Of a stretch of DNA of 64,000 bases, positions 60,208 through 64,000 are shown piece after piece. The stretch's first letter is position 1, and each line of letters begins with the position of its first letter. The notes beneath the pieces were generated by a model. It saw only the letters and a program-made list of their open reading frames with translations. It made no database searches and had not been told where the DNA came from. Made by a program: the position numbers and the translations under genes. Origin of the DNA: Squalus acanthias (taxonomy: Eukaryota); contig CM059433.1 of NCBI GenBank assembly GCA_030390025.1, positions 18,664,001-18,728,000 of the forward strand, in the 5' to 3' direction.

Positions 60208-61774
60208 ATGGTGAGAGGATTGCAAGACTCCAGTGAGCAGCAAGAAAGAATTTAGATGGGAAGAGCTCACTCAGAATCAAAGGCAGCTCTACTGGTATAA
60301 AGATGAGGGGAAACTGTGCGGTGCACCGAATCCTTCCACTTCTGGAGCATAGGTTTCTATTCAACCCACATTGATAAGATGGGCCTCTATTCCCTGGTCG
60401 GATAAATGTAAGTTCACTGTAGAAAACTGTCCATAAGTCAGAAGTAACTGGGTTTAAACCGGCAGTATTACCCAGAGAGGTCACAAGGATGAATGTTTTT
60501 AGAAAAACTCACATTAGTTCAGTGAGGCTGGGGGCTGGGGGACTGGGGGACAGTGGAGAGGCTAGTGGTGGTGGTTTTCTGAGGTTGGGCTGATGTGCAT
60601 TTTTGAGAAAAGTAGAAGGGTTAGACTTCATCTGGTCTACGCTATGCTAACATTGTGAAAAGTGCAAAAAATGTTCCATTGACCAACATGGTATCTGTCA
60701 ACATGATGATCATAAAAATCCCAAATGATGAAAGTCCGGTCAGGTCTCCCGGTTGGGGCGCGGGTGCGGTCTGCTGTATGCGCCCGAAAACAGGCCATAA
60801 CCAATTTCTGGGCCTCAGACTCTTCATCCATGAAAAGCAGCAAATGAAAGGCAGCCCTTATACCGGTGTAAAAGATACTACGTGGATAGAAAACTGTTAA
60901 ACTGGAAGTTAAACTATAAGGGATAACGGACCAATTGGCAAAAGGCAAGATCAGGACGAATGTCAGGAAGCATTTCTTCTTGCAAAGAGTACTTAATGCC
61001 TGGAATGGTCTTCCAGGCAGGGTTGTGGAGGCAAAAATTCTGGAATAACCCAACAGTTAGATACTGCGATGAGGGCATTGTATATTTCTATGGAAGGCTG
61101 AATGACATCTCTCATTTGTACTTACCTTTGTTATCTTTGTGAACTCAGAATACTTGCTGTCCACATTTATGATATAAGATGGGACCTGAATACCTTCTGA
61201 AATGGGTGAATGATTGCAAACCCTCTTTAGAGAAGGTTAAGAAATCCAATTGCATTAAAGTCAACAGGTTGTGGAGATTTGTTGTCTACTTTCATAGTCA
61301 GCTTTAATTCAATGCAGTGGCTCAGATTATATATTCTACACGGTTAACATTATACTGATCCAGTGAATAGAATCAAACAGCAAAAGCAGCTGATGCATTA
61401 TTTTACACACGCACCCAATAAGATCTTCGAGCATGCCATGAGTGTATTGTGTGAGGACTGAGACTGGCAGGCAATTGATACAAAGACATGGTTTTCTAAA
61501 CATTTTGTTGTGAAGCAGAAAACGCATTAAGATTAGTCATCAGCTCGGGGAACTGGGCCAGGTTATACTTTTGTGTTACACTTGTAAACATTCAGGTTTT
61601 TTTTTTAAATGAGTATTTTACTCTCCTTTTAAAATCACATTTTCGCCATGCAGGGAGTGCAATTTATTCAAAGGCTCGTCCCTTATAAAAATAAAGGAGC
61701 AAGTAAATAAATAACAGGAGAAATTGCTCCTAAGAAACCTGTTTTAACTGTATGTCCTCAAGTTAGCGAATCAG

Positions 61775-61910
61775 AATTGTTATTTCACCTCTTGTACCTG
61801 AACGAATCCAGCCCAAATTGATCAATGGAAGTCCTGCATCTTTGTCAGAATGCTACATGTAATGAGACCAATTCCTAGTGGGAATGAGCCAACACCACAA
61901 AAGTACTTGT
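61775..61910 (+). mobile_element. Possible ancient LF-SINE-like relic
   Basis: TTTCACCTCT...GAATCCAGCCCA...AATGAG...CCAATTCCTAGTGG...CACCACAAAA recalls LF-SINE motif order; from memory, not aligned. Confidence 0.35.
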
Positions 61911-62284
61911 AAACAGCATCAAATTCGATCTGACTCAAGACTACTCAATGTCTTGGAGCTGCAAAAAGTCCAGAATGTTCCTTGGCCCCAGACTGACATC
62001 CATTACCTTGGTGAACACAAAAATTCACCCAAGAAAAGGATGAATATCGAGCATCACCTTCTGCATTGGATTTCTTCCTCAGCTTCCACAATATTTCATC
62101 GTCGATGTTAATGTGAAGCTTGGAACTGGAATGTGATGTTTGTACGTCATTCTGCAAATCAAAACACTGTTCACACTGAAAGGTGTGAAAGCACAAATGC
62201 TGAAGTAGCCAGGAATGTGGAAAAAGTAGCACCTTAAATGAATCATCCTGGGGTGCTGCGCCAACATTTTAGGAAAAAGAACCT

Positions 62285-62540
62285 AAATGGCGGGAGATGA
62301 GGAGAGTTTTTTTTTTTACACAGCGAGTTGTTATGATCTGGAATGCACTGCCTGAAAGGGTGGTGGAGGCAGCTTCAATAATAACTTTCAAAAGGGAATT
62401 GGACATATATTTGAAAAGGTAACATTTTCAGGGCTCGGAGGAAAGATCAGGGGAGTGGGACTAATTGGATCGCTCTTCCAATGAGCTGGCACAGGCACGA
62501 TGGACCGAATGGCCTCCTTCAGTGATGCAAGATTCTATCA
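62285..62540 (+). mobile_element. CR1 3' end fragment
   Basis: Matches the 3' UTR of the other CR1 copies (e.g. 6700-6955). Confidence 0.75.
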
Positions 62541-64000
62541 TTCTAAAAGCAGAGATACAATGGGAGTGCGCCCTGCATACTTTATTGACTCTGACCCAGA
62601 AAAATGGACCAGATTTATGGCGAGGTCAGACATGTGGGCAGAAGTCCCACTCTGACTCCTTCTGCCAGTGACTCCCCCTTGAGAAACCCTTCACCCCACT
62701 CATGTTTAAGATTCATTGTTTCTGACTGACAAGTGAATAAGGCGAGCTAAACAGAGCTATGTTTAAACATGTCACACGGGCTAAGGCGTGCATCTCCGGC
62801 CCTGAGATTTCATGTACAGTACCTGTGCAATTCAAGTATTCACAAAGCTGAAGGTCAATTCGCAGGGACCAGCTTCCCTAGAAATATGAAAGCATTCTTT
62901 CTCCACCTGCACCATTAGGGAGAACACATGGGATGTGCCAATTCCGAGCAATCAGTCTGCCAACACCGCTGGAGAAAACAGATGTGTTTTGTACCACAAG
63001 CCAGCCAAGGGTTGATGCCCTCCCCCCAATAACTATCAAACAAGCCAGCCAAAAACCCTGCTCCTGGACAGCCAATGATCAATAGTTCCACTCGATCGCC
63101 AAGATTGGATATTCTCACCAGAGATGCAGAAAAGAAAGCCCATCATTGGACAATGAAATAATTCAAATGTAAAAGCTCTCCATCTACCTTTGCTTCTGTT
63201 GGCTCAAACGGCTTACCCATTTCTAGCCATAATGGCAGGAAAGCAAAGGTAGATTGTGCAGGATTTACAGCACTTGTGCACAGAGGGACAGGCCAGCGAA
63301 ATGTGGATATTTAGAATTTAACCCAAAATTGCCAACTGAAGTTAGTTTGGGTTTGGAATTTGGCGGAATGCTCAGCACGAACATCTAATGGTGGGTGCAA
63401 AGCCTAGTTGAGGGGACAACACCTAATATGTAGGAGGGGGTTTATTGGGTTAGAAGTAAGTGATTTGGAAAGTGGAGCTGATACTCGTGTGTTGGAAAGA
63501 CAAATAGTTTTCTACAAAGTTTGGAGCAGCTTATTAGCTTTTGCCGTGCAAGTTATTTTCCTGTGAAAAATAATGAGCAGAACCTGCCTATTCCTTGATG
63601 TGACAATTACGATTTCAAACAAGAAAATCAGAGCTTGGCATCCAAATTTAACAAAATAGTAAATTAATCATGTGAAGCTATTATTGCCAGATTCCATCAT
63701 TATGACTGCTACATATATAAAATAAATATACTTTCAATGCATTGTATTTTCCTGCCACTTAGAGTGTAAGATTGATGATGCTTGAATTGAAAAATAAATT
63801 TTGCTGTGATGTTTTTTCAATACTATTTTTGCTATTGTAGTTATGCTCATCAACGTGCCGGTTAACAGTAATGGGGGACCCAACAGCTTTCGATATCATA
63901 GACGGCCCCTATAATCTGACACTGCATCACTATATTTGTAATTGGTGGTACCTCTCCAGTGCTTTGAGGTGCCTGCTGTACATGGTCCATGTCTCTGAGG

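Noticed and set aside
9900..64000. A second host protein-coding gene downstream of MYOM2
   Set aside because: All ORFs with recognisable motifs are transposon-derived; isolated small exons cannot be excluded by eye

Overview
Eukaryotic, repeat-dense genomic DNA, most likely from a cartilaginous fish (shark-type V-SINE/HE1-like, Deu-domain SINE, CR1 and L2 repeats). The only host gene I can support is the 3' end of a myomesin-2 (M-protein) gene on the + strand: four coding exons (3405-3441, 3663-3685, 3812-3867, 8784-9134) plus a 3' UTR. The remaining ~54 kb is intergenic and dominated by transposable elements. These include CR1 and L2 LINE fragments, tRNA-derived SINEs, Penelope-like remnants carrying hammerhead-ribozyme-like motifs, a decayed two-gene PIF/Harbinger transposon (Myb/SANT plus DDE transposase), many Harbinger-type MITEs, a hAT MITE and a 45-bp minisatellite. 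Three structures stand out. (1) A 1.82-kb near-perfect palindrome is made of two copies of one 894-bp Harbinger MITE, 34 bp apart, each with its own TSD, which places two CRE/TATA modules back to back. (2) A near full-length, apparently ORF1-less LINE has a tRNA/SINE-like 5' head. (3) Minimal hammerhead motifs occur in two different Penelope families. Family names come from my recognition of motifs, not from database searches.
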